Shown in pieces: positions 28,762 through 43,029 of a stretch of 64,000 nucleotides of DNA (positions are counted from its first letter, which is position 1; each line of letters begins with the position of its first letter). A program made the position numbers and the translations under genes. Location: assembly GCA_028534125.1 (NCBI GenBank), contig CM052816.1, forward strand, positions 23,624,001 to 23,688,000, written 5' to 3'. The notes below the pieces were generated by a model. The model was given only the letters and a program-made list of their open reading frames with translations. It ran no database searches and had not been told where the DNA came from. This DNA is from Lama glama. Lineage: Eukaryota.

Positions 28762-29333
28762 TGTATTAGTTTTCTACTGCTGTGTACCAAATGACCACTA
28801 ACTTAGCAGCTTCAAACAAGAGTAACGTCCCCCCCCCCCCCCCCGGTTCTGCAGGTCAGCAGTCCCAGCGCATCAAGGCTGCACGCCCTACTCAGGGCCT
28901 CACAGGGTGGAAATCAACGCACCAACACACCACACTCCTACCTGCTGGCTCTGGGGAAGAATCTGCTTCCAAACTCAGGCAGGCTGTTTGTCAAATTGAG
29001 CTCCTCATGCTTGCGCAGCTTAGGTCCCTGTTTCCTTGCTGGTCCCCCCACCTTCAGAGGCAGCAGCAGAGAACCTCCCTCGGGTGGAATCCCTCTCACA
29101 CGCCGAGCCGAATCCCTTTAGCCACGACGAGCCTGGTCCTTTTTAAAAGCTCACCTGGTTTAGATCAGGAACACAAAGGCAATCTTCCCACCTTAAAGTG
29201 AACCGATCTGAAGCCGTAACCACCTGAGCAAACCCTTTACAGCTGAACAGAGACTGGGGTCTGCCCAACTGGGAGACATGTGAGCATCAGAGTGGGACCC
29301 CCAGGGCCCACTTCGGAATTCTGTTTCCTACAA
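28762..29333 (-). mobile_element. MLT1 (MaLR) solo LTR
   Basis: TGTATTAGTTTTCTACTGCTG...acttagcagctt..aaacaa; ctctggggaagaatctgcttccaa; ...gaattctg..cctaca. Confidence 0.85.
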
Positions 29334-29839
29334 CAGGCAAACCAGGACTGAAATCTCTTCAATAGGAATTAAAAGGTTATTTTCCTTGACCACCATTTTG
29401 GACTTTAATCTCTCCCAAAAATAAACTTTGATAAGATGTCTGCTATTCAGATTTAATCAACATCACTCAGAGTAAGAATTCTAAAAGCCAACAACAATTA
29501 TTTGAAAAATCCATTTCAATCATATCTAAGTAATTGCTAGATCTCATTACGTGGCCCAGTGATTTTTAAATGTTTTAATCACGAGTTAAACAGTAACAAT
29601 GCTCTGTGGAGGAATAAGGAAGCATTAGTGATGTCAGAACACTGATCTGTAGTTATTTCACGGTGAAAAATAACGGTAGTTTTCATATTATCAGCCATTC
29701 TCCTGAATTAGTTAGAAGACCATCTGGAAAGAAGTACGACTAGATGGATGGACGGTGTGGCACAGGGAGAGCTCCCCACGCTGGGAGCAGCCCTTCCGCT
29801 CTGCTCACGTAAGAGAGGGTGCTGACAGGGACCCAGATT

Positions 29840-29985
29840 CGGTATCTTATAGTAATCCACAGTGACAAAGGATATGAAAACGAATACACGCACGCACACG
29901 TATGACTGAAACGTTATGCTGTACACCAGGAATTAACACAATACTGTAAACTAACTATACTTCAGTCAGAAAATAAAGAAATCAA
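29840..29985 (+). mobile_element. Short L1 3' tail
   Basis: tatcttatagtaa...tatgctgtacaccagg.attaacacaa..ctgtaaactaactatacttca. Confidence 0.75.
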
Positions 29986-30949
29986 ATACACAAGTGAATT
30001 CAAAACAAAACACGACAGTATACTGATCTGCAGATTCCAAAATGGGTCGTCTCTCTGGCTCTTCCCCCTCCCTTCTGATAATTTTCGGCGTTATCTACTC
30101 ACGTCTGGAAGCACACACACGTCAGCGTGTTGAGTCATCCGGTTCTCCTGCTGTGCCTTCCGTCACCTCTGCAACTTGACAAACAGCAGCTGTCTCTGGG
30201 CCTCACTAGCCCCACTTGTGAAATAAAACCGTTTTAGAATTTCACAGCTGAAACGGACCTTTGAGATCATGATCTTTAAAGGTCCACCCAGATCTACAGT
30301 CATTTTGACCCAAATACCAACTTTTTAAAAGAGAAAATATTCCTCCTAATCAGAGAAACGTGGCATTTAAATGGACGTGACAGGGTATTTGGTTTCCTGG
30401 TTAGAACAGGTTATCATCCTTTTTACTTTTAATTTTAGATAAAGCTTCTGCAGATGTTTTAGCGTTTCAGTGAGTGAAACCCACCCCCACAGTTCAACAC
30501 ACTGGAATATTCTTTTGCTTATGTCCTCAAGGTCTTTATTCCCATCAGTTAAAAAGAATTTTGTTATCCTACAAAATTATAGGCATTTCCAAATTCAAAG
30601 CATAATGTATTAAAATCAATTCAGGTTTCCTATAATAATAAAGACCTTGTCACCTTGTTTTGCATGATCTGCAAAAAAAGGGGAGAAGGCAGACTTCACA
30701 AGTATACTTCTCTGAACTTTAATGTTGTACTGACATTCCTGAACCTTTGACATAATTCAATTCACATTTACTGAGAGGTCACAATATATCTGATTTTGTA
30801 CCAGACTCGAAGCCTCCTAGGGGCATCTTTTTATACTCAGCACACAGTACAATGTTTAGAACTTCGTAGGTTCTCAAAATCAGTTTCCAGAGTCAATATA
30901 GAATAAATGCACAGGTCCTACCCTCTAGGAACTTAGAATCTAGTGGGAA

Positions 30950-31080
30950 AGACAGATCTTAGCCCAGTGAGACCCAGTTCAGATTTGCAACTTACTGAAC
31001 TGCAAGATAATAAATTTGTGATGTTTTAAACCACAGTGTTCATGGTAATTTGTTACGGTAGCTGTAAGAAACTGATTCAA
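30950..31080 (+). mobile_element. MLT1 LTR 3' fragment
   Basis: gaactgcaagataataaatttgtg.tgttttaa.ccac...tggtaatttgttac.gtagc...gaaactga. Confidence 0.7.
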
Positions 31081-31704
31081 GGTCACTGAATTCTTTCAGC
31101 TGTGAAAACGAAGGGCCTCGGCACCATGGAGGAAAACAGGTGATGTTAGTTAAATCCTTGCTACTCAAGATATCATCCCTTCCAAGCAGCTAGCCCTGGT
31201 GGAAACTGGCTTTCTTTTGGAAATGAAAAATACCAGGCACAGAACCCACACCAATTGAATCAAGTCAGCATATTAACAAGAACCCCAGGTGACCTGCATT
31301 CATATTAGAAACTGAGAAACACTAGGTTAAGCATATAAAAAACGTGAAAAACTCTGATTTTTCTTTTTTTGACAAGCAAGTCAGCTGGAAAAAAATATTT
31401 AAATATACCGATAAGAAGAATGCTTGGTTGGTTGTTAACACTGACAAAATACACATTTCTACTGCTCTTAAATGATGAAGATCCTTCAGTACAATCCATT
31501 TGCCTCCTTCTGTCTTTGAAAATTTCTCATGAGTTGCAAGACTACAAATGTCAAAAAGTTTATGCCTTTCAATCAATAGCAGCATCCCTAGAGGGGGGGC
31601 GAAATAAATTCATCCACATGATACATTTTCTTTAATTACTTTAATATAAAAGACAGCCATGTTCCATATTTCACATAATGTTTAAAAAGAAGTTTTAAAC
31701 CCCT

Positions 31705-32689
31705 ATAAGTATTTAATGAAAATAAATTTATTGAAGGGCAGTAATGACTACAAAATGAATGCTACCAAATCATACTGAGGCTTTTTGCATTAACAATTGG
31801 AGGGTAGGTGGAAAAAATATCAGACAAGAATATGGGTTTCTTAAAACTACATTTTATCCAGCCTTTATCTTTTCATAAATCTTGTGCGTATCAGAAGACG
31901 TATTCAAGATAACTGTAAAGGTATTCAGCTAAAGGAATATTTCAAAGATCTTAAAACAGCCCTCCACCAATTATATGACACTGCAAATCATCCCATTTGT
32001 TAAAACAGCAAAATTAAAACAAGCAATGGCCCAACAAATCTTTCTAGGTAAAAGATTCAGCTAAAAAAGAAAACATTAATAGAAAATCAGTGATGGTGAC
32101 CAGAATAAGAAAATTAGCATAATTAAGAAATTATATAATTATGCAACATAACTTCATCTGGTTAAATCAAGGCAACTTACTCAGTGAATAAGTTGACTGC
32201 ATTGTGAGGGAAGGGGTAACACGATCCACAGCCCTGCTTTTAACTTCTCATATAATAATCCTATTTCAATCAACCTGTAAAGTAAAAGCACTGAATCCAC
32301 ATTAAATTATAACATATAATCTTACAATAATACGAAAGTCAAACCAGTACTGGTAGATCTTTGTCTCCACTATGCACAAGTTAAGAAAACTTCACAAGAA
32401 TGTGCACTTTTGAAAGTATGATCACTGTATACGGTTTAGACAAAACAGGCACCTCCATTATAATTGTTTTAATAAATAAAAGCACATGAACATAAAAAGA
32501 AGACAAGCAGCACCTGAAGCCTTTGACGTTTGTAACTAAGTGCTGGTACCCAAACGGTCTAACGGTTAAGTCTTACTAAGAGGCGCAAAAAAGGAGCCAA
32601 TTTTTTATTTAACGTTTTAATTCTAGTGGAGACAAGAGCTTACAGCCCTGTCCCCTGATGGTGAGGAGCACACTGGTCCTTCAGACATC
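31705..32689 (-). other. ISOC1: ISOC1 3' UTR (about 1 kb; end approximate)
   Basis: AT-rich stretch with no recognisable repeats, running from the stop codon to the AATAAA/ATTAAA signals at about 31.71-31.73 kb. Confidence 0.7.
31727..31732 (-). terminator. Distal polyadenylation signal of ISOC1 (AATAAA)
   Basis: tttatt on + strand = AATAAA on the minus strand. A second ATTAAA lies at 31712-31717, followed by T-rich downstream sequence. Confidence 0.7.
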
Positions 32690-32893
<204 letters not shown>

Positions 32894-35733
32894 TTAAAAC
32901 AGCAAAAAGCATGCCAGGAGACAAGAGTTAGTGTCCTCTGTCAAAACCATGGTCTTCAGCCACACCATCAAATTCAGGGATGAGCAGAGATCTCAAACTA
33001 GCCAAGCCACAAACCCATCATGATAATTCTCAGTCTTAGCAGTAAGGACTAGAAACAAGTAAAAGAAAACAGGGAGCCGATATTATGACTTCTATGTGCC
33101 GGGGACAGACGTGAAAACAAAGCTAAGGACTGTACAATGATTCTTCATTTCTTTTTTTTTCTGTCTCCAAACATCTGACATAAAATGAGCATGCCGTCCC
33201 ACGAGTAAGAAATGCAGGCACTAGAGGAGCCTCATGTGAGGTTTAAGAACGGGCCCCCGGCTGATAATGGAACCACCACCGTTGCCACCATCACAGTTTA
33301 GAATCACTAAACAAGAATATAAAATTTAAGGCTGCAGAGAGTAATTGCTCCTGAGGAATCATAATACAGCTAAGGACAGAAATCTTGGCGGGGGTGAGTG
33401 CAGAGAAGGGAGGAAGAGGAAAAAGGGAGGGAGGAGGGCAAAGAAGAGAAAGCGGAGAAAAGCGGGGTGGGAGGGTGGAGGAGAAGAGATTCTAGGGTAG
33501 AGACTCATTTCCTGCACGTACTTATTAACAGAAACCCTCGGGAAAAAAACAGGCCAACTGTTGTCTCAAGAAACACCAAGTGGAAGAGCCATTGAAGATG
33601 AGGTGGTGAGACAATTCCTGTGCAAGTCAGAGGAAAAGACCCAGAGCAGACTGTCATGAAGAAAGAGTCACTGGAAAAGCCAGGACATCCGTCGCAGTGA
33701 GAGTAAACCCTTCAGATGGCTGTGGGTCCACAGGCCCAACCCTCCCCCTGGCAGACTCCTCCTTTTTATGAGTGGAAGGGAGTCTGAGCCGCAGCCTACT
33801 CATCAGAAAGCAAGGTTGGCCTTCAACCACCCGTACAGGAGAGTGTGCAGAGCAGCTGACCAGAAGTCTTGAGAAATGAAAAAAACAAGCAGAAAGTGTC
33901 ACAGGAAAGAGGAAGCAGGGCTGCTAGTGTCCTGTACGCTGGGACAGAGACTTCTGGAGACCAATTTCCTCCTCCTTGCTTTTCAGTCAATTCCTGACTA
34001 TCGTATCAAAACCCTGAGGAATCTCAAAGGACTGTGTGCCTGGTTCAGATGGAGGGGTGGGGAATAAATGTAAGACCAGCTGGAGCTTAGCTGGGTGAGT
34101 GTCCAGTCACGCAAGCCCTTCACCAGCCAGCTGCCCTGCTGGCCTCACTGCTCCCTGTTGACTCAACGGGCTGCCAGTGATTCAGCGCGAGCCTGAATCA
34201 CACGTCTGTGACAGTGCTTTATACACTCCACAGTGCTCACAAGGTCAGTTCTCAGTAATCTTTCTAGTTCCCTGGAGAGGCAGGAAGGACAGAAAACCAC
34301 TCCCAGGACTGAGGAAGAAATACGACAGCCAGCCTTCCACAGTGCTCTGCTGACCAGAGCTGGGTCCAGCCTGAGCCAACAGTCCTCGGGGAGGCTGAGC
34401 CCCTACAGCCCGGAAGGGGCAAGCTGGGATGCTCGAGGCACAGAAACGCGCTTCAGTAAACTGAAACCTGCACAGAATGACTTCGCTCCAGACTCAGACA
34501 TGGCCAATACTGATTGCATTCAAAGCTCAGCAAGCCAAGAAGCTGCGTCAGGGGAAGGTGCGGTTCACGCCTTTGCTAAGAATGCAGAGCTTCCACATCG
34601 GGCTCACAGACCTTCCCTCGGCGCCTGCCAAGCCCCAGGCTGCGAGGGTACCTGAGCAGGAAGGGAACAGCGGGCCCCTTCCCGGACCCCAGCAGGCCCC
34701 TGCCCACCACCCTGAGCTAGGGGACACCTGAAGCGCCGGCACCAAGCTCACTTTACTTCCCGGCTTAAAATGGGCCCATTAAAACTCCAGCTGTTTAATG
34801 CTAATGGGTTCATGGCTCAGTAGGCTTCCCGAGTTCCTCCCTTACACTTGCAAAACCAGTCCAACTAGGCCAAGGGAAAGAAGGTTACTCTGACCCACAC
34901 ACCTGAAAATGCAAGAGCACAAAGCCATGACAGCCTCAGGGAGGGCAGGGGCAAAAAGCCTAAACCCAACTCCCCAGAAGGACAAGGACATCGAGGGGCT
35001 TTCACTCTATTTTATTCCACATTTGCTCTACAGTTGTAGGTTGAAAGAATGCCTGGCAGAGGGTAGGTGCTCAGAAAGCCCTGTGGAAGAAAGCACACAC
35101 CGCAGATCCCGGCAGAGACGTCTCTGACTTTGGCAGCTACGAACGTCCTCAGTGCAACAGGCACTGCAGTGGGGGTGGGGCGGGGTGTCAGGAGTTATCT
35201 GACGTGGGCGTGTCTGCAGGGAAGGGGAGAGGGGAGCTGACGGGCTGCTATTCCACTTCCACAGTCACAGAATAAAAGAAAAACGTTCACATTTCTCCCA
35301 AGGATTTAGGGACTAACTGAAACGCCTCCAGAGCAAATGAAGGCTGAGAGGAGAAATCCGACACGTGGCACATCTCCGCCATCACCACCCGACCTGGTCC
35401 CTCCTCCCTCTCGACCTCTGCACTTTAACCCCAGGCGATGCCGGCTGCTGCTGGCTCTTCCCCATCCACCCCAGACCATATTCTTTCCTTCCCTCCTCAC
35501 AGCTTCTCAGGACTCGTCCCTTCCAGGCCTTGGAAGCTAACAGATGCCAGACCTGTCTAACCAGACAAACCTCATGAAGACAGCAACAAATCAGAGCTAC
35601 AGTAAAATAAAAGCCAACGGCTAATATCTGAGTGCTTACCGTGTCTGTCACTGTACTAAGTGTTATCGACATTATTTCATTTAATCCTCACAAAAATCCT
35701 CCCACGTAGTGACTATTATTATTTCTATTTCAC

Positions 35734-36185
35734 GGCTGAGGAAAAAGTAATCAGTTGATAGAAGAAAGAAATGGAAAATTTTATTCGAGCCAAACTGAGG
35801 ATTATAACCCAAGTGCAGCCCCACGGAAAGCTCTGGGAATAGCTTCACCTGTTAGAAGTCAAAGCACAGTTACGTAAGTTTTTTGAGACAGAGGGCTGTT
35901 GATTAAATGATGTATCATTGACAGGTTACACAATCCAGATCTAAGTGATACTGTGGCCCCTTAAAGTTCAAGAAGGAACGTTATCTTCTAAGGAGCTGTC
36001 TGGTTGGCGGTAGGAGGATGTTGCTCTATGGCTGAGCAGGTGTGGCTGCCGACAGGGGAGGTCTGGTGGATGCTTTATGCAGACACAGTGCACAGCGGAG
36101 GGAGAGAGGAGGCCAAAGGGCAGTGAAAACTTTTCCATGTTTAAATTTTTTTTGTCTTACCGTAAAATATGTATTTTATTTCACA
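35734..36185 (-). mobile_element. Solo ERV1-type (MER41-like) LTR inserted into a MIR in ISOC1 intron 4
   Basis: 4-bp TSD tcac (35730-33, 36186-89). The minus strand begins TGTGAAATAAAA and has AATAAA near its 3' end. MIR halves lie at ~35610-35733 and ~36186-36290. Confidence 0.8.
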
Positions 36186-37819
36186 TCACCAATGAGAAAT
36201 CTGAGGAACAGACATTAGATAATCTATCCAGGGACACACATTTACAAAATGCCAGAACCTATACTCAAACCCCTGTTATCCCTGCCTGGTCTGGACTCCT
36301 AGTTGGTGAGATGACAGGCTACCTCTAAAAGAATAAGGTTCAGAGGGTAAATGGCTGACTTTTTATTCTGAGTTTTGTTAGAAGACAGAACTGCCATCAA
36401 AAATTTCTGTAGTAAATGGCATAAGGACATGGCTAAAAAACTTAAATGAATGCAGCACAGAAGTTCTTGAAATCTCTTAAAACAAGCAAAGATTTTTGGT
36501 TTTGTATGTTTTTGGTTTTTCATTTCCTTGGAAACACAGGACCTCAGCAATACCATAAAGGTCATTCACAGGAAAAGAGCTGCTTGCCGAGGTGATAAGG
36601 ATCTGACAGTGGCAGTGTTTAAACCAAGATTACCAAAGAGATTTGAAAAATGGAAGCTGATAGCTCATGACTGTAAGGACAGCCGAAAGAGCTTTGCTTA
36701 GATGGGAAGAAGCAACACTTCATACCTAACTAACCAGAGGACCCAACAGTTCAAATAAACTTGAAAATAGCTGAGCAAAAGAAATAAAACCATCTCCATC
36801 TACAGTCCCAAAATAGGACTCACTTCTTCAGGAGTAAGAGAAGGGATGTGCAACCAGGGCCTTAAAACTACTGCTGCTGCCAGCTGCCCACCTGCTTCTG
36901 CATCAGCCCTGCCCATTGACTTCACCTTCTTTCTTTCCTCTCTTTCTTATTTGCCCAACTCCCCACCCCAGGAACATTTTAGGCTAAAGAGATGACAGCA
37001 ATGCTATTGAGAAAGTGGCTTATAGGTCAGCTTGTGCATGGAACACTGGAGGTCTCCAAAAAAAATCCACAATTCCCATGTTCAATCACCAGTTGAAAAC
37101 CCAGCAATTCAATCCAGACCTACACTACTCTAATACAATTATAGAATTAGAATTAGAACGAAACATGAAAGAAAGAGATCCATCACATGGAGTGGAGGTT
37201 TCAAAGGATGACGTGGTAGTTTGCGATTCAACAGTTTTTGAGTAGGAAATGTTTAAGGAAGACACCGTTACACAACGTGGATGAAAATCACAACTCCCTG
37301 ACTCCAGGGTCTGTCCTGACACTCCAGCCCAGAGAGTCAGGGAACACTGCACGTGCGGTGTCCACAGTCAGTGACTCACCTCCTATTCCCAGAAATGCAA
37401 GTCTGAAGAGGACGAACATAAGGCTGAACCAGGCCTAGGCCCACCACGCCTTAGGTTTTGGCTAGATCTTGGCTGAGTTAAGCCTAACTAAACCGTTTTT
37501 AATTTGCAAATCTCTAAATAGTTCAGGTTAAGCTTACTGGAATACCTCTTAGTCTACGTGTAAAACTATAGCAGTTATGACAAAAGATGTAAAGGAGCGT
37601 TTGGCATCACTAGAAATCTGGATCCAAAGACAGAGAAGATGTAAAACAGGATACGGTGGTGAGACCCCAGAGGTCGGTCGGTGCAGAGTAGAGACTCTGC
37701 AACCAGTGAGTCTGAAATTGTCAGACCAAGCTGAAATTTAAGAGGTACATTTTTCACTGCTGCTACATATTCAATACCCTTCACATTTATCTGGAGAACG
37801 TGGTAAATGATTTCTTTTA

Positions 37820-37951
<132 letters not shown>

Positions 37952-38899
37952 CTAGAAGGAAAGCGAAAGATCGTATGTAACAATGTGGTAAACTAAAAAT
38001 ACCTGCCAAATGTGCAATAACATGGAAAAGCAGAAAGGACACTACAGGTCTGATGACCTTGTCCGACATCTAGTCTTGCCTCTAACTCACTAGTGATCTC
38101 GAGCATAAACAGCATCTCTGGCTCTGGGTTCCTCTCCAAAGTCAGGAACTGGATTACATCAGTGCTCTTTGAACTGGAAACCTTGAACATAGTCTTAGAG
38201 CCCTGAGAGGATTTTCTTAAAAGATTTTCATCTGTGTCATCTGGAGGACCTTCATACAGCTGACTACTCCCACTTGGTCTGGGTGCCACTCGCAGTTGAG
38301 TTTATTTCTGTATTCACACCGAGTGCCTAGCACAAAGGATGAGTCTGTAGTACTGCAGGCAGAGACAGTGGTGGGGGAACTGAGTCGTTACAAGGCACCC
38401 AGTACTGAAGGTAGGACAGGTTAAAAATAACCTGTAACACAGGCAAAAAATACCCAGTACACATCACCAGCAAACGCATTACACAGATGCCATCTTTGTA
38501 AGTACTACCTTGAAACAATTCATTAGCAGAGAATAAAGAGTAAAAACATGTTCCAACGATAAGTGGATTATACAACCAATGAAAGCAGATTTTAATAATG
38601 CCACGATGCCAACCTTATCTTCACATGGCCAGAGAACTATGGAGAATTATCAACTGACAACTCATTAAAATGAGCAGTGAAGGACTGCTAAAGATGACTG
38701 TGATTAGGCATGAGGTCTAACAATGATGAACAAGCAAGAAAAGCACAAAAGTCAGCAACAGCACTTGGCATGGCATATTTGTGCAAACAAGCTTCCTTTA
38801 TATTATATTTAAGTCAAAATACAGAAATATTTTACATACATTTAAACTTGAGGCTATGTTTTTCTCCTAGTAAAACTTACTACTATAAAACCTACCACC

Positions 38900-39058
38900 G
38901 GTGGGGAGGGTATAGCTCAGTGGCACAGTACCTACCAAGCACAAGGTCCTGGGTTCAATCCCCAGTGCCTCCCCCAAAAAAGTATACAGTGTATGTCAAT
39001 GACAGCTCAATCAAACTGGAAGGGAAAAAAATGATTTAAAAAATTGGAAAAAGAAAAC
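38900..39058 (+). mobile_element. tRNA-derived SINE (camelid vic-1-like) with an L1-like tail
   Basis: ggggagggtatagctcagtgg (A box)...ggtcctgggttcaatcccca (B box); degenerate TSD taaaacctac at 38886-95 and 39059-68. Confidence 0.85.
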
Positions 39059-39429
39059 TAAAACCTACTATCAAAACATCATAGGTATCTTAAATTAACA
39101 TTACTACTTGGATTTCATTGTTTTTAGTTTTTTTCACAATTTAAAAATTTTAGTTCAAAGCTATGATTAAATACTTACACTCTATTTATACATGTGCAAA
39201 AAACAAACAAACAAAAATCATTTCAATCCGCATTAGGATCCATGAGCATTTTTTTCCTTTAAAAAAATACGTACATGATTCAAACGTGAATGACAATGAA
39301 CTACATATGACTTCTAAGGTTTTTCTACAAAAATATGACCAAGGTGAAATCCTACATGAACATAATGCCTTCAGTGAAAACGTGTTCCAAAAGTATAGTG
39401 GTTCAAAGTAAAGGCACAAGAATCAATCA

Positions 39430-40205
<776 letters not shown>

Positions 40206-43029
40206 TTATACAATGGCATTTATTTTCAGCAGAGGTCAGTAAAGAGAGAAAAACATTTCTACTGTTTGCCCCATTAAGTCAATAGCTACAACTATTATTC
40301 AAAAGAAATGATATGAATAACAGGAAAAAAATCATCCCCAAAGACATTCACTGAATTGCTTTTAATGGTGAAAATTAGAAATAAACTAAGAGCCCGCAAT
40401 ACAAAAGACGATTTCACAAATTTTAACACATTCACATGACAAACATTTTTGCCAACTGAAATAATACACATGTTTTCAAAGAATCTGTATCATCTAAGAA
40501 ATGCTGATAATCTATGTTAATTTTAAAAACAGAACACAGTTTAATAATGTATCGGTTATGCAAAAATACGACAAAAAAGTAGGAGCAAATACAGGAAAAT
40601 ATTAACAAGTGGTTATACAGTTAGGGACGCTGGAGGTATTTTTTCATAATACCTTTCTCTTATTTTTCAGATGCTATTTAAAACCATTTCCCAAATGTTG
40701 TTTAAAAGTGTGTATTACTTTTATAATTCAGAAAAAAATGTTGAAACAGTAAACACCTAACTTTGATGATGGCATTGCTCACAAGTACAAACAGTAAAAT
40801 TTAAAATAATCTGTAGCAGTGACTAGAAAAACAGAAACAAATCTAGAACTCCTGCTGTCCAAAACATGAAGTTTAAAAAACAGAAACAAATCCAGAATTA
40901 ATGCTATCATCAACACAGAAATATTAAGCTCTTATTCTCAAGAATAACTTCTTAAGAGTTCAAAGAAACGCAATAAAATGATGCCAAGCACATCACCACT
41001 GTGAAATGGACAGACATAAGGCTGAATCTGCATTCTTACACATATTTATCACAATTGGGAAAGTCAACGAATTAAGTCAAGGAGAGCTGGGAATTAGATT
41101 ACCAAGCTTCACATAAATTGCTGGAGTTGGTCTATTCTAACAACTTGAGCCCAATAAGGATCTACCAAAAAGTCAAAATCACTGTTGAATACAAGAATTT
41201 AATCTCACTGGGTTCTTCAAACTCCATAGTGCTTTTCTTTCTGCCTTCTCAAACTAGAGGAAGTTCCATCAGGATGCGGTCTGATTCTGAATGAACCGAC
41301 ACCACTACTCTTAAAAGCCACCCCTTTAACCTCCCCTCTAATTTGTTTTGTTCTCTCTAAAACCACCCACAGAAAATAACTACTCATAATTTTCCAGAGC
41401 AATCTGAGTCCTGACTCTATGGTGGTGCCTTGACCACCAGCCCGGCCCTAACTCTGCCTTAGTACCTCAGCACAAGGCATCCTCTCAAGAAACAATTAGA
41501 ATGGGAATTGACTGAAACATTAAAAGGAATCTTTTAACAACATGACTGTTCCAGTTAGTCTGCCCTTTATTTATCTTTGTCCTGGTCTGAAGGACTCTGG
41601 CACCTTAATCTCCTCTACAAATGTGCGCTGATTAACCATGTGCAGTCCAACACCAAGGTCTCATCAGAATGGGAGTGCCATCTGTAATCCTAACACTATG
41701 GAGAGGGTTTTCCTACACTGCCAACAAAGTAAGTTTAAAATAAATATTCAAGCATCTTAAATTATGTATTCCACCTTCGGTTGCTATGTTACTTAAATTT
41801 TTAATACAAGTATTATGCTTCCATATGGTCACTTTCAAAAGCAGTAAGTATGATGTATACCTAAGCACTTTAGGAACTATGTTGAAAACCAATCACTACT
41901 TATGACTATGTATCTTAAATTCTCAGTAAACATTAAATCCTGGCTCAAAATCTGTATGCATTGTTTTTATGCATTTGGCCCATGGGTCCGTAGTCACCTA
42001 GAATGTGTTCAGGGCACACTGTGAAAAGCAGTTTACCTACAACTGCCCTGTTTCAAACAACTGTGATGCAACTTGGCAATCTTGCCGTTCTACCCCAGGG
42101 GAAAACCAGCAAGGAAGCAAAACTAAACTCCGGGCAGTCGCACCACAACCAGTACACTCACACTTCCACCTGCTGAGCTCCCCACGCTCAGATCTCATCT
42201 CCGCTGTTCTGAAAACTCTGTGTACAGGACTAGCAAGTTTGGTTGTCTGGGCTCTAAATTCACAGAAGGTTACAAAAAGCAAATCAGAAAGGAAACTGCT
42301 GGAGAGGCAAACTGACAGCAGCAAGAAACGACAGCTGACGGAGAAGAGAATAAAAATACAATACGAGCAGATCAAAAGTCAATGACAGTCCCGACACCCA
42401 TGAAGGAGTAACAAGCTGTCTGCAGGTCATAAACTCGGACAACGTCATCTTATCACACTCATTACAAAGACAGGAAGCTACATAATATTTCGGGACTACC
42501 ATATAAAATGGTCAAAATATTCAAAATTGAGATATTTAAAGGAATAAAGCCTTATCTACCCAGAAATCCTAGATTATTCAGAGCTGGGGTTTCCTGGGGT
42601 TCCCGTCACCTGGTGCTTCCCCACACCTCATTTCAGCTGTGAGGTATCTGTTCTGGGCAGGGGACCACACCAGATGTGTGATGTCATGTTAGACAGACTG
42701 AGGAGTCAGAAAACGCAGCCCTGAAATCCTTACCACCCTGCAAAGCCTTTCTAACCCAGGAACTCATCATGGGTAAGGCTTCAGTTAAAGAAAGAAACCA
42801 TACAGATAAAGGGGTGAAGCTTTTTTCTTTTTTTAAATGCAGAGATGACTGGTTATAATTTAGCAAATCACAAATGCCTAGAAAGTCTCCTCTTCAGGAG
42901 AGGACATCCCCTGGAAGATGGCCTGCTTCCTCAGAGCAGAGTACAGGGGGGAGGGTAACCGTACAGTGATAAAAAAAAAAAACCTGCCTTTTTATGCAGA
43001 TGATCAAGATTAAGGTAATCAAAGAAGTC

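Noticed and set aside
35734..36185. STAT1 GAS sites as in primate MER41B
   Set aside because: No perfect TTCNNNGAA was seen in this LTR.
37993..38289. 98-aa sense ORF just upstream of exon 4
   Set aside because: Non-ATG start, no recognisable homology and no convincing splice acceptor.
38900..38975. tRNA gene
   Set aside because: Has A and B boxes but a degenerate cloverleaf, an A-rich tail and a TSD, so it is a SINE.
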